A stretch of DNA of 59,372 bases, filler included, from Sphacelaria rigidula (GCA_964200075.2; 9 parts of 9 records of this genome joined end to end with filler, not necessarily neighbours in it); one strand, 5' to 3'; positions 23,378 to 36,877 are shown, counted from the first letter of the whole stretch. A program made the numbers and translations. Notes: generated from the letters alone by a model not told the origin.

Positions 23378-23714
23378 TTCACCACGCTTCGACTCGCTCG
23401 GTTTTGAACAATCGAGCTCAAGTGCCCCTTCCCCCTCACACCCTTCAAAGGTTGGCGTCGCTTGGAAACAACGCTGTACAACACACTACTCAATGCGTAA
23501 GTTCGGCAAGTAGCTTAACGGTCATCTTCTCGATTGCGTTTTTTGGCGGTAACCATGACGAACAATGCTTTCGTGAGATTGAGAGTAGTAGGGGATACGA
23601 TTGGGAGTGGGAAGCGGTCAATTAATGCGTGAATAGTTTCAGTTCCGAAATGCCCGTCCACAAGGCCCAATACGCTTTGTGTAGTAGCTTGCCGCTGAAG
23701 CCCTTGATATCTCT

Positions 23715-24220
23715 GAGTAACCCGTGGCTGTCTCTAGAAGTTGATTTTCCAAAAAATTAAGCAACTCATCGTAGGCTGTCATCCAAATGCAAGATAAATA
23801 GTATGCTTCGGGCCGAACAATCTCAGCAGAATGCAGATCACCCCTCATGAGACTCGCAGAACACACCACAGCGCTTCGCGCTCAGTGACTACGAGTCTGG
23901 TCCCGCGAAAACCCGGCGTGCTCCGTCCCGGCTTTGGAGGTGTGCAGGGTCAATGGTCATATGACTACGACACGTAGGATCATGAGTACACCCCCCGCCC
24001 CTTCCGTCTCGACAGGGATAGGTGGTCAATGGCCAAACAACTGAGGCAAGCATAAAATGAGTACGTCCCGAAGCGTACTAATTATCTCGCATATGGATGA
24101 CAGCCTTTACTGGGTTGCTTCATTTTCTAGTATCACCACGTCCAGAGAGGGGCTCATCCTAAGAGGGGAGGGGGGGGGGTACTCATGATCATGCATGCCA
24201 TAGTCATAACACCATTGTTC
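23715..24220. mobile_element. Cluster of family B and A elements: B (+, ~23715-23990), A (+, ~24003-24065) and B fragments (-, ~24067-24220)
   Basis: Similar to 53338-53714. Units end ATGAGTAC next to C-runs or G-runs. Confidence 0.65.
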
Positions 24221-25118
24221 TAAGTGGGCGGGATATAGCAATGAGGAGTGTTATACTCCACCACGACACATTCACAGATTTCCGGGGTAATGGACATGCG
24301 CCGAGCTTTCAGATCGATGCGGTGAGGGGTGAATCCTGCACCCTAAACTGGTCGGTTCAGTATATTGCCAACACGTGCATCTACATGAAAAACCGTAGGC
24401 AGCATGCATATTATACGATGCTTCCTCACAATACATATCGGTACGGTACAACAGTGCATGTTGCTTTTAAATGAACGTATTGTACCGCAGAGTGCGCCTA
24501 ATGGCAACCTATTGCATGCGAAGGTCGCTGCTCCCCACACAGCATGTCCCAGAATGTAGCTCTTTCACGCCGGAGGTGAACGGGCACGCATGTTCGGAAC
24601 GAGGTATGACGTATTGCTTCAACCCGTCTATGATGCACATGGTGAGGATTTCTTCATGTTGATGGCGAGCGTGCTGATAAATCACCCGAACATCATCAAA
24701 CAGGGTCGCCGCCAAAAACGAAAAAAAAAGAAGGAAATCTAAGCCTGCAAGCTACAAGCAGGTACAGACAGCTCGTCAGAGACAGCCAGACAAATACATA
24801 CTCCTACGAAGCACTACTGTACTGTCTGTAGCACAACGAAAAGGGCCCGTTCAACTATCGAGGAAGGGGAGTGTGCTGACTCAATCCACATTAAAATGTA
24901 AGGCGTTTACCGGGAGAAGAATCATGGGTTGATCCCCTTTGGTCTCGTCACGAGGAAGGGAAGGGAAGGGAAGGGGTCGAAGATGTGACCGAATGAATAA
25001 AAAAAAAAGGAGAAATCTTCTCAAGTTACCTCATGACCTCGGGGTACCATTATATTAGCATAGCATGCAAGATCCAAGTGCATGTTTGCATGTTGCATGG
25101 TCGTCCGTCGTATCTCAC

Positions 25119-25193
25119 CTTCGGCAGCTCCTCTGCAAGCTCCTTCGCCTCCCGCAACCCTAGCCCCGTGATACCTCGAATCTCCTTAATTAC
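25119..25193 (-). CDS. rpl12: Ribosomal protein L7/L12, penultimate exon
   Basis: VIKEIRGITGLGLREAKELAEELPK (GLGL.EAK signature). CAG acceptor and GTGAGA donor. Phase-0 intron at 22899-25118. Confidence 0.93.
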
Positions 25194-27357
25194 CTGCGCG
25201 TGTGATGGGAAACAAAGAAAATGAACACACAAGGTCCTGCAAATCAACTGGTTAACTGTTCATTATTTCGACTGTGGTGTCTCGAAACATGGGCCTCCTT
25301 TATATACTCAGTAGAATTTGTCCCAGCTCATCTACGATGTACTCGTTGTTAATATTGCTTGATCCGAGGGTGAACACCGAGACTCGGATCTTAAGTCGGA
25401 CTGGCAGTTTTGAGTGCTCCTAGCTTGCGCAGAACGCGTGTTTGTCCAAATCAGCGTCGCAGGCGCCGATTCAAGGTCCACCAATGCAACTTTTATCTAG
25501 GGAATTCCTTGCACTGCCTCTACCCGAGGGTTCTCGATATGCCTTGGATCAGGGTAGGGGTCGTGATCGACACGAATGTCAGACCTTGTGGACTTTTTTT
25601 GAAGATTTTCCGACTTTTCCGGGAAAAAATGCTGAAAAAAATCGAACGCCAGACTTTCCGTGTAATATGCAGTCAGTCTTGAGCCTTAGACAGCGACCCC
25701 CCCGCTGGTAGACTGAGGTAGACACTACACTTTTTGGACTCATAATCATTCCTTTGTCCCAACTCAAAACCCCTACTCTACGGTGGAAGAGGCCGGGAGT
25801 GCATAAGAGGTACATAGTTGCGTCGAAACACAGACGGTGGTGTCGTTGTCGACCACCTGATTATTACGCCTCATATATTGCTGTGCTGCCTGTAGTGTAT
25901 CGTGCCGCGCGGTTGCACGTGCGGTCTGCAGCGTACTAGATCTTACAGTGTTGAACGTGCCGAGTGTAATCAGTATGCGCTTGGATATGGCACCATGACT
26001 ACCGCCGCGAACGCCCGTGACTACCGTAGAGCAATTGCTCGGCGGTGGCGGTCGCTCACCGTTGAAGTACTTGTCTACATCTACGTGCGTCGGGTACTCG
26101 TGGCCGCCGCTCGCGTGTTGCGCCATGTCGTTTGATACCAGATGGAGGTGCGGAGCTAGTACGACGCTCATGCAGTACTGAACAGACGGACACGACAGTG
26201 TACCCAAGATGCTCAAACACCTGCGTGTTGGTTATATCATCTATGGTTGATTAGGAGTGATCAAAATGGGTTATGAGGGTAGACAGCGAATGTGTTTACC
26301 AGGTATCTACCTCTACCGTAACAAAAGTGCTCNNNNNNNNNNNNNNNNNNNNNNNNNNNNNNNNNNNNNNNNNNNNTTAATTAATTAANNNNNNNNNNNN
26401 NNNNNNNNNNNNNNNNNNNNNNNNNNNNNNNNGCGGGGGGCTTATGCGTGCCCCCCCCCCCCGTTGATCAGCCGCAAGACCCTTAAGGCAAGCAAAAATC
26501 GGAAGCCCCCCCCCCCCCCCCCTCCCTTCGCCCTTGAATTCCTCATCCCAAAACGAACGCACGCCCGTACTGTACATACGCACACATGCAATCTAAAAAA
26601 AGTCGAAAACTCGAGGCCTCGTGGCTAGAATAGATCGCCTAGAGGTCCGCATCGAAAAGCAGCAGAAGAGGGACAAGAAGAGCCGCGTGCTGGCGGCGAA
26701 GGCCATGCTGAAACGACGCTCGGCCGCGGCGCGGCAAGATGGTAATCCAGCCCGGGCCGGACGGAGGATAGCCCATGTGAGACGTGTAATGTGGATGATT
26801 GATCCATTGGTTGATACAGAATATGTAGTACTGCACTGGAATGGCGCGTACATCAACGTATGTATGCTGCTTGGAAAGAGTCCGCAGTCGCAAGAGATCA
26901 ACCCCACTCACCCCTAGTTAAGCAGCGTACTTTCGCTTCGTCCCACTGCACAATCTCGAAACTTCTTTTATCTCTTCTATTTTCTTCTCTTTTCTTTTCT
27001 TAGACTACTCTATTTGTGTGTTTATAGCCTCTACTAGACGCTCTGGACAAGAGAACTATCAACGAGCGACTCCTCCAGTAGCACTGGCCTCGTGCTCGAC
27101 AAGTCCTTTCTTCTAACTTTTTATTATTGCGGAGTGATCCTCAACAGACCATATCACACGCCAGGCAGCAAGGGTCCCCACAGATACGGGCCATCTATAC
27201 AAGATCCCCAGTCCCCTGCCACTACTCCAATCATACGTGCGATTATACTAAAACCTACGGCTTGGTATCATTTGGCTACAGCACCCTCAGAGCGAGTTCA
27301 TGACAAACGAACGAGCTTGACAACCAAAAAAACCAAGGCGAAATCCCACGCGCCAGA

Positions 27358-28124
27358 TCACAAAAAAATACCATACTCCGACGCTAATTTACTTGGCAGC
27401 GCCCGAGTCAACCACATTTTACGCAGTTCCTTCAAAACAAATTCAGGCGCAGAAGAATTAATCTTGTGAAGAGATTCCCACGTACGTTCTTCAGCACCGA
27501 ACGCTTCCCAATCGACCAAACCAAGGACATCACCATTGTCATCGTCGGCGACGTGCACCAAAGCACTCATCCGACATTCACCTTGAGCCTACGAATGCTG
27601 AAATACATCTTTTAGTTCCGCAGTGATGTGGAACTGCGAGTCAGCATAGAAACGCAAACGAGCGACATGGGCCAAGTGCACGGCGCCAGAAACAATGTTC
27701 TGCACCGAATACACGTGAGCGTGATCGGCTTTGACCACTTGCCAGGGACCTGTTCACGTGGACATCAACTTTGGCGCCACACCTTGCCTACGAACACGGG
27801 CATTCAATACGGAATCGCCAACTGCAAACTTGCGCAAGACAGCCTGGCCCTGAGCAAGCTTTCCTTTGGTTTCGCGAGACACCGCGACAGCAACTTGCAC
27901 TTCGTTACAAAACCGCACTTGCTCGTCAACCACGCCTCGAACCTGGTCACGCAACGAATCAGCATCCATGACATCGACGTTTCACTCGCCGCCAGTGACA
28001 GAGGCCAGCGCGGAAATCGCGGTGCGCGGCGCACGCCCAAGCACCACACAATACGGGGCGTTACGATAGCGTTCACGAAAAGAAGTATTCAACGCCCACT
28101 GATCGGCTGGCAAAACATTAGCCC
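27358..28124 (-). pseudogene. Gypsy integrase C-terminus and chromodomain
   Basis: FAVGDSVLNARVRRQGVAPKLMST*TGPWQVV (GPY/F-like motif), then HVARLRFY and VDWEAFGAEERTWESL. Confidence 0.85.
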
Positions 28125-28132
28125 ATGCAGAC

Positions 28133-29370
28133 TAGGCTTTAGTTCCGTATGCGCGCATTAAGCTTGGCTTAATTTCGTTTTTTTAGCTTAAATAGGCCTG
28201 TTTAGCGCAAAGCTTATAATCGGCTTAATACGCTTGAAACGAGCTTAACTTGCTTGAAGCGCGCATAAAACGCGCATAAAGTTGCGGATTGTTTTGCTCG
28301 CGAGCGCTCCATGCGGCGTAACTCGTCACCAGACAGCCGACAAGCGTCAGGCTTTAGGCTCGAACCCTCAATACTTCAAATTTCCATGGTCATGTTCCGT
28401 GTTCCTATTCTGTTGCGGGTCTGATGAGCAGACTACTCAATTTTATATTTAATACACACGGTACTATGTTGCTTTCGAAAATGTGACTAGATTCAAAACA
28501 AATATACACTTGTACTTTGTGCAGCAGACAGCAGACAGCAGTAGTAACAGCAGCACAACAGAGAGAAGTGATATCAAGTGATGACAGCGTTTGTAACTCA
28601 CGAGGTCATGGCGGACCTACTGTCCGAGAAGGACGACCTTTTGGTTGCGGCCTCAGGCGCGCCCTCGGAGTACTGTTTGCTGTCATTTTGAGATGACAAG
28701 AAGAACAGGCTTCCCAGTTGGTATCTTACGGCGATAAATATTGTACTTACTCAGCCGTCGTCTGCGTCTATGGAGCGAGTGCTTTCGATTTTGAGGGGGT
28801 GCTTGAACTCCCCGCAGAAGAAGGCGTTTACCGGCTCGAATTTGCAGTTATGATGAAGTACAATCGGTACCGGTAGTTCGACAAGATTTTGAATTTCGAC
28901 TGACGGTTAATAATGCAGGGGGGAGGTTGTGGTAGCTTGAAGCCTGTAGCTTGCCGGGCGAGAGGCCAAAGGCTGCAATGCCCTGTGTCTAGAGGCTACA
29001 ATGCCGTACTGCTGTATCAAGTATTGCAAGTGTAGTGTCATTTGTTGTTTCCGCACGTGGGTTTGGGTGTAGGTGTGCAGGTTGTTGTCTCCAACCTCAA
29101 TAACTGAAGAAAAGCTTCATTTTTTTATTTTAAATAGTCAACAAAACGTCGAATGCCCGACTTGTCGTCTTCTCCTCATGCTAGAAGGCGCGCCTCGTGA
29201 GGGGATACTGCCACAACCCCACGACAAGGACGGGAATAAGGCGCATAAAACGCGCCTAATTTGCGCTAAAACAGCTTAAAACGGGGCCAAAAACAAAAAT
29301 AAAAAACTTATTGTAAAAAAAAATGGAGCATAATTTCAAGAAAAAAGCGCGCATACGGAACTAAAGCCTA
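28133..29370 (+). mobile_element. hAT DNA transposon (non-autonomous) nested in the Gypsy integrase
   Basis: 24-bp perfect TIR TAGGCTTTAGTTCCGTATGCGCGC. Perfect 8-bp TSD ATGCAGAC at 28125-28132 and 29371-29378. Confidence 0.93.
28671..28876 (+). pseudogene. hAT transposase C-terminal dimerisation-domain remnant
   Basis: LSF*DDKKNRLPSWYLTAINIVLTQPSSASMERVLS, then after a frameshift RLEFAVMMKYNR. This matches the hAT W...P......P.SSA..ER.FS motif. Confidence 0.8.
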
Positions 29371-29378
29371 ATGCAGAC

Positions 29379-29965
29379 ACCGGTCGTCTCTGTTTCGACA
29401 AAATGGATCGCAACGCACGAATAACCTCTTTCACCATGTGTTCACAAGCATCATTTGACCAAGGGGTATACGCAACAGCAAATTGGTGCTGCACCTTGAG
29501 CGCGTCGCTCAGCTGCGCGATCACTCGGTTCTTGAAGTGCGTGGCGGTATCCCTAACCCACACACGCGGCACCCTCAAAGTCTTGCACCAATGGAGCAAG
29601 GGCTTAGCCGTTACCTCGGCGGTGCGAGCCTCGGTCGGCTCCAAGCAAACGAAATTGGACAAATCATCCATGGTGACCAAAATATACCGAAAACCATCCT
29701 CATCAGGGGAACCATTAGCACCTTCAGGTCCGCTACTTCCGACGTACAGAAAATCGAAGTGAACAACTTCACCATGCACAGTATCGCCATACGGACGAGG
29801 TACAATTGCACCAGCACGAGTGTCTACACAACGCAAACACTGGCGAACGAACTCGCGAACGTGGGAATCCATGTGAGGTCACACCCAGTATTCTTTCAAA
29901 CGGAACAGAGTCGGCGCCACCCCACGGTGACCAGCCGACCGCATGTGAGCGCACACCATCAAGCG
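29379..29965 (-). pseudogene. Gypsy integrase zinc finger and catalytic core
   Basis: ORF 29336..29872 plus upstream HMRSAGHRG, which is separated by a stop. Confidence 0.9.
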
Positions 29966-30204
29966 AGTATGTAGAGCCTCATCATCCGACGGAATCCACA
30001 AAACAGCACTACTGCCTACATGCACGCGAAACAAAACAATGTCAGCCAAAGCAGCTGGACCGAAGTTGTTGGGAAAAAATGAACGCCGTCGCCAACTGTT
30101 TTGCTCTGTGCGGTACGAATGACATCTAACGAGGGCAGCTAATCATCGGCATTACACGGGTTGTACACAGCAACAGAACGAAGAGGCACGGTGGGAACCT
30201 TCAT

Positions 30205-30380
30205 ATCTGTCTCTGTATCTGTCTCTGTATCTGTCTCTGTATCTGTATCCGTATCTGCCTCTGTCTCTGTATCCGTCTCTCTGTCTGTCTGTCTCTCTGT
30301 CTGTCTCTCTCTGCGTCTGTCTGTCTGTGTACCTGTGTGCGCGCGAGTGCGTCTCTCTCTCCCTCCCTCCCTCCCTCTCT
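30205..30380. repeat. Compound microsatellite (TCTGTA/TCTGTC, TCTG, TC, TCCC)
   Basis: Seen directly in the sequence. Confidence 0.9.
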
Positions 30381-30512
30381 CTCCAGGCCATTGTTTCAAC
30401 CTTTCCCGTCTCGCCCACCCGTGCACTCTTACGCGCGTTTGGTTTAAAAAAAAACGCTCAACCGCGCTAGAGTGACAGCGCGGACGCCCTACGACGGTCT
30501 GCGGTCTCACAG

Positions 30513-30623
30513 AACAAGCGCCTAGCGATTATTCGCAGCAACCTCAAAATCAAGTTCTCGCTGCATCTGCAGGGGTCAGGCAGGCGTGTGGAGCGCCGTG
30601 GTCAGAAGGGCGTCAGCGAGACG
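30513..30623 (+). CDS. Candidate internal exon of an unidentified protein
   Basis: CACAG acceptor, 37 open codons (NKRLAIIRSNLKIKFSLHLQGSG...), GTTGGT donor. Phase-compatible with 32285-32427. Confidence 0.3.
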
Positions 30624-32284
30624 GTTGGTAGTCTCTACTATAAAATATACAGAAGATGGTCCGCAACAAAAAAGCCTGGGAGGGGCCCGCCGGGGATTCT
30701 GTCGGCCGTTTTTCCCCGACAGAACCCTTGCTAGTTCTTCGTTCGCCGTCCAAGTCGGTTTTAGTTGAGGGGGGAGGGGGAGGGGGGGGTTGTCTCTTTT
30801 CTTTTGGTCTGATTCTGCTTTTACGTTTACGTTCTGTTGATTTAGCGCGGGTTTCCGTTGTGTTAGTTACGCTGCGCTGTACGTACGAGTATCGTTTGGG
30901 CCGCGGCCGGATCCGAGGTGGATCGGTTTTGATGGGAGACGGCCAAGCAACCAATCGATCAATCAGTAAATTGACACGGAGGGCGTCATCATGACAAAAA
31001 GGTCAGAAGAACCAACCATCAGCCTTTCGTGGGCAGCAATCATTGCCACCGACAGTAGTGGCCAAACGTACTTGCTGAAGAATAAAAGCGTCGGTGGCGA
31101 CGTCAGAAAACATCCCATATCATGGTGGATCCGCTACTCTATTCGACTGCGTACCGGGTTGCCTGCTTTTCAGAGTAAAGCTTACGGTTGTCTTGCAAAG
31201 TACCGGCCCTTCTCGTCTGAACCATAAACAATTGTCTTGTTGACATATAGAAAGAGCGTCAGCAAAACGGTTGTACCCTACCGCTATAGTACTCCACCGC
31301 GGTGTCCGTCTTTGAGAATACAAGGGGTCCTTTTAACCAATACCCTGTTGGTGCTCTCGATCGAAACAACATTTTTTTCCTCGTTTCAAGGCGAACTGGC
31401 GTCGACGAAACGGTTGATGCCGTGCCGTGCCGTGCTGTGCTGCGCTGTGCTGTACCGGGGTGCTCGTTCGCCCCATGATTTATTTATCCGTCTTTCCAAA
31501 CACCGGTGCTTCTTTCTGACCACCCAACTATTCTATTGCTGAGGAGGCAAACCTGGAGAAATATCTTGTCGCTGTTTATCCGGTTGATTGTAGTGAAGGG
31601 TATATAAGGCCGTGTCTTCTCGAGAACAAGAAAAAAAGCGGAAGAAAGAACAAGCATCCAAAAAAGCATGTCGATTAGTCGCCGCAACCATAGACCCGCC
31701 CGGGGATCAACCAACATGCCGCTTGTGAACGCTTGTTCCTCTTTCCGCTTTTTTTTCTTTTTTTTAGTGTCGATACCCCACGGTCGAAGCACCTGAGCCG
31801 CAACTTGTCCCTCCCGAATGAAATCCCTCAAACGTCACGGCTTTGAGCCGTCGCTTGAGGCACCGAAGCGTACTTAGAATGCTCTCGATGCTCGACTAGC
31901 ACGTCGGCACGTAGCTTGACGATGCTTTCCCTGATCCCACGAGAAATACACACTAAGAAGTACGTCGTGGTGCACCTACCACTCCCATGGAAGCCACAAT
32001 TTCTGGCAACGCATCACACCCCGCCCGGCTCCCACACCCACCGTAGGATAACTTCCCCTTCAGGGCAGTAGTACACCGTACTCCTATCAGTTGTTGCCCG
32101 GGGGTCGAACTTCAGTTCGTAAGCGTACCGAAACTTTCCCTTGAAACATTGCTCGAAATATCATGTCGAAACAACTCTATTTTGATGTCATCATGAATGC
32201 CATGTACTCTGTCAACCATGTAACTCCCCCCCCCCGGCCCCCTTCCCTATCCTCCTCCCGATCTTCTCCGAATGCATGTCACAG

Positions 32285-32427
32285 GATGCCAGGATGCTGA
32301 TCAGCGGTGAATTGGACACGGCCACCGAGATGTCAGGCGATGGGAACGGAGGCGGGGGTAAAGCGGGTGCTGGTGCGAGCTCGAGGCGCCCAACTAGAGC
32401 CCTGATATACACCGGTGACCTCGGGAG
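32285..32427 (+). CDS. Candidate internal exon of an unidentified protein
   Basis: Pyrimidine tract plus CACAG. Reads DARMLISGELD...RALIYTGDLG. Weak GTATAC donor. Confidence 0.35.
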
Positions 32428-32861
32428 GTATACATAAACAGGCGCTTGTGATGGCAATCAAATGATTATTGGTTCATGAACAGCCAGGGTCAAATGATGT
32501 CTCATCCGTTCCATTCGTGCTGTGGTTGCAGCCTTCTGGGCCCCTGTCGGAGGGGAATCTCCTGCTACTTCAGCCGTTGTCTAGTCTAGTGTTTCTGGCA
32601 GTTTGGATGTGTTTGGCTTTCTCTTCGTGTTCTCCTCGCTTGTTGTTTTGTGTTGTTTTGTGTCTCACAATCCAATCCTCTCGGAACCGGAACCTTTCCG
32701 ACGCAAACCCTGCCTGTTTTCCGAAAGGTTGATCGGCAGTGTTTTACGCCCAAGATAGATGTTACATGCCACGAAGAATATGAAGAAAGAACAGAACGAA
32801 AAAAACACATATCGTTGATGAGCATGTACACTCAAGACTTCTACCGTCTCTCTCGCTCTCC

Positions 32862-32899
<38 letters not shown>

Positions 32900-35800
32900 A
32901 CACCCACCCACCCCACCACCACCCCCCCCTTCGCCTCACCNNNNNNNNNNNNNNNNNNNNNNNNNNNNNNNNNNNNNNNNNNNNTTAATTAATTAANNNN
33001 NNNNNNNNNNNNNNNNNNNNNNNNNNNNNNNNNNNNNNNNGATTCATTCACTGATTGACCGCTTTTCACTCTCAATCGTATCATCTACTCTCAATCTCAC
33101 GAAAACCCTGTTACTTTCATTTTCTTGAAACTTTCTCGTGATTTTGATTTTGACTTTTTTTCCACTTGCGGTTTGTTTTTCCTGCTCCTTTGCTATATTC
33201 GATGGTTTATGTTTTCCGTTTTTATGGGTCGTGTTCCATATCTGGGTAACTACGGCCGTCTTGTTAACATGGCTGGCTTTGTAGCGGACTGATTAATATG
33301 TGATTATTTATCAATCAAATCAATACGTTCAAGGAAGGGACTTGATCAACCTCAGGCCGGTACCCAGCCCACGCCCACCTGCCGATAATGGGGAATTATC
33401 TCGAGGGAATGTTATCTTCCCTGCTTCTTCGACAGTATGCACAACCGAGCAAGGTCTTCACCGCCCACAGTCCGCCTGTACGTGAGCTGCTCAAACCGAG
33501 GAGTTTTCGCCTCCTTCGCAGCCCAAAACCGACGAGATTTCGCTGCCTTCGGATTCACGGTTCGACCGCGGGTCTGAACGAAATGGATGATGTGAAGAAA
33601 ATATGTGCCCGTGTACTCACGACTGACTGTCGGTAGCGGTGTTGTACTATACTGTACTGTACTGTACTGCACTAATTGGCCCTCACTTTGACCGTGCAGG
33701 CAAGTGCTTCCTGGTCCCGGACCGTCAAATTCAAACAAAAAAATCCTGCTGACTGAATTGTACTGTGTTGGATACCAGAGTACTGAATTATATCCGGATC
33801 ATCCTTTGGGTCGTTAGTGAGGAAAATATGTCAAAAACGCCTTATCCTTCCTGTTGCTTTGCCAGTGCGTGCGATGGGGAAATGCATTTACCATCTGCAG
33901 CTCGCCTGTGCGTCAGCACCACAAAAGTGAGGCGACTTCGCTGCCCGCGATTTTGGTGTTCGGCCACGGGTCTGAACAAAAAGGCTGATGTGTAGATACT
34001 GTAAAATCAAAAATTGCCGTTAGAGCTCATCTTCGTTTTGGTTCGGAACCAACTGAGTGAAATCCCGGTAGTGGTGCCTGAAGTCGTAGTACCTGCACAA
34101 CGATCGAACTCGTGCCAACACCAATCGATCAAAAGAACCGAAAATACGTTCAACCATTGTTCCGGACCTATATGGTTGAAGTATCATGCCGAGGTCTGTG
34201 GTCAGCACCTCATTTTTTGTGTCAACCATTTTTCAGATGATTTGGTAAACAACCCTCTCGTATGTCGTTGCTACAGAAAATATTCCAAACTCTTTTGGTT
34301 GATAATGGCGTGGGGATCGCGGAATATTCCGTCTTTCTTTCGCACTTCATTGTTCTCCCAAGCTGAACTACAAAAGCCTAGGTCCACGACAGGGAAAACG
34401 AGACTCTCCGAACTGCCATACCCCCCGAAGTTGACTCGGTGCTTCTGTGTTGGGACCCGTTTCTCCTCTGTGTTCTGGTGTCCATACACGAACTGTATGT
34501 GAGTGTCCATGTCCACAAACGAAAAAGGCGTTTCAGTATTCATCACGAGCCGGTCGCCCCGGTGATTCAGTTGGTCACCTCGGGACCTTTTGACGGTTGG
34601 GTCGTGCGTTCGAATATCTGAGCGATCTAGGATTTTGTCTCACACAATGTATCAAAATACCCAATAGTGGGGAGCGATTTTGTCGGGGTACACAAAATTC
34701 GACCTAATCGTCAACGAGGGAAAGGGATTGCTGAGGCGTCTCGCGATTAAAAATAAAGGCAAGCACTGCAGAAGGAAGGTGGAGAACCAGCACATGACAA
34801 GAGACAACAAAACGAAACTCCTCTGTTGGCTTCCCTCCTGTGTGACCCCGGCTGGTGCGCCCACATATACCAAAAGGTGCAGACTGGGGTGCAGAACAGA
34901 TGGGATGACAACACCACTTCCACGTTAGATCGTCTATGCCTTGAGTTTATTTTTCGAATGAAGTGGTGCCGATGCAACAGGTAGGTGATGTACTTGCAGA
35001 GATCACCAGTTGGTGGGACACGACCGTTGTAACTTGAATTTAGTTCAAAAACCGATATCCGAACCTTTAGAGGGGCTGACAGTCGCAATTGCTCCTGGCT
35101 CGTCCAGAACGTGCTTTCGTCTAAATCGGTGCCGCGGGCGCCGGTTTCGAGGTTTGCAAGCGCACACTTTACCTCGGAAACCTCTCGTACCCCTTGTTTC
35201 CGAGGGCATCCTTATGTAATCGTCGGAATTAGGGTTGGGGCTAGCGTTGGGGCTGGCGGCATCTCATTTCTAGTACTAACCAACCATTATGTGGGGTAAT
35301 CTCCTCTGGGTATCCTGCGCAAAGGGTTGAAGTGTGAAGTTGTGGGGACACGTACCCCTCGTTGTTTTCCCGCGGTGGGATCCAGATCTCCAAAGCCAGA
35401 AATCAGGTTTTCAAACACGTATACATACGAAGAACCCTGTACGGTCCAGTTCAGTTGGAAGAATACTGCAACCAACCATGTAAGTATAGGCGATGGTTCG
35501 CCGAAAACAACGTCAACGCAACCAAAAACGACGCGGTTTTTCCGCCGAAGGCAAGGACTCAGTAATACCAATTTCTCAAAACTGAACGAGAACAAGGAGG
35601 AAAGGAAACGGGAAGGATTTCCAAGCTAGCTATTCTTCTCTTGGGAAATGGTTGAAAAAAGTGGAAATATACTGACCTGTTTTTGGAAATAATTATTCCG
35701 TGCTTTCTCGAAACTTTTCTAGGAATACCAGACACGAGTAGTCGTAGTGTATCGTCCTGCGCCTCTTTTCTGGCCCCCTTTCACGTCACACAGAATTTTG

Positions 35801-36674
35801 GCTGCACAAAAACCTTGCGTACGGTTAACCTGGTTCAGGTACGAGAAAGAAAGGCCGAAGGGTACATCTTGTCACTACAGTACGACATACTGCCGATTTC
35901 CCACAATTTCTCCATTTGCTGCCTGGCCAATATAAATACACGGTTCGCGGAGGACACACCGTTGCACAGAAGGAAGAAGCTCGGGTGTTCCCGACTGGAG
36001 GTCGACCCGAATCTTGTTTGATCCGGAGAAAAACTCAACGTGAGTTGTATGTCCTTTACTTGATCTCATGATTCACGCCAGATGCAGCACGTGTCCTCTA
36101 GTTGTCTACAAACAGTACCTGCGTGCGGCCCGTTTGTACTGATGGGCAGTCTTCCTGTCCTCCGCACTGAACACGGCGGGAACCAATGAAGCCGCAAATG
36201 AGAGGGATGTTTGCAAACACGATGTGGCACATGCGGTACGGGATCGGTGAATCAAATAGTACAGTCAGTACAGCACAGACGATATACCTATGCTCTACAT
36301 TCTACTGCATAGTACTGACTGTAAAAAGTGCGCTGAGATGCCCTGGAGCACAAATACGCGATACCGAACGGCCGGGACCCAGATCCGACCGCACATGACT
36401 CACTTCCAGCTCCCAACACCCATTGTTTGTCGATGTCAGGTCACCGCCGGCAGTCCATGGCTTGGCGGACTAGTGCTTTCCGTAAAGTCAGTTTGGCCGC
36501 CACAGTACATCTATCGTGCACCACTTTTCTCTAACCGAGCAATATGAACCAAGCAGGCACGGTACTACCAAAACTATCCGTGCTGCACAGACGACAAGAT
36601 CTCGTAAGCGCACAACAATCAACAGTCATACCCAGACTGGGCTTGATTGTTCTATTTCTCCGACCTAATGGCAG

Positions 36675-36877
36675 TACACCAGCGTTCGGCCGGTCGACGG
36701 CGGGCATTTGTGGGCAAGATCGCGCGGCGTAGCAGTGAGCCGCCGCCCCTCTGGCCACCTGCGGCCGAGGCATTGCGTGAGTCGGCTATGTGGTCAGCTG
36801 AAGATGATGAGAAGCTACGCAAGGCTGTTAAAGAAAAGGGTTTGGATGACTGGACCAAGCTAGGAGAGTGGACAGAG
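36675..36877 (+). CDS. Myb/SANT-domain protein, exon encoding helices 1-2
   Basis: WSAEDDEKLRKAVKEKGLDDW (W-X19-W). GAG|GTAGGA donor. The 5' boundary is uncertain: CAG acceptor at 36674, or ATG at 36668 or 36788. Confidence 0.8.

Larger units (their letters stand above)
27019..30135 (-). mobile_element. Degenerate Ty3/Gypsy (chromovirus-like) retrotransposon: integrase, chromodomain, PPT and probable 3' LTR
   Basis: HHCC finger (HMRSAGHRG...CLRC), DDE core (VHFDF, VRDTATHF, PWSNDACEHM), and chromodomain VDWEAFGAEERTWE. PPT GGCAGGGGACTGGGGA precedes TGTATAG at 27201. In-frame stops are present. Confidence 0.88.
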
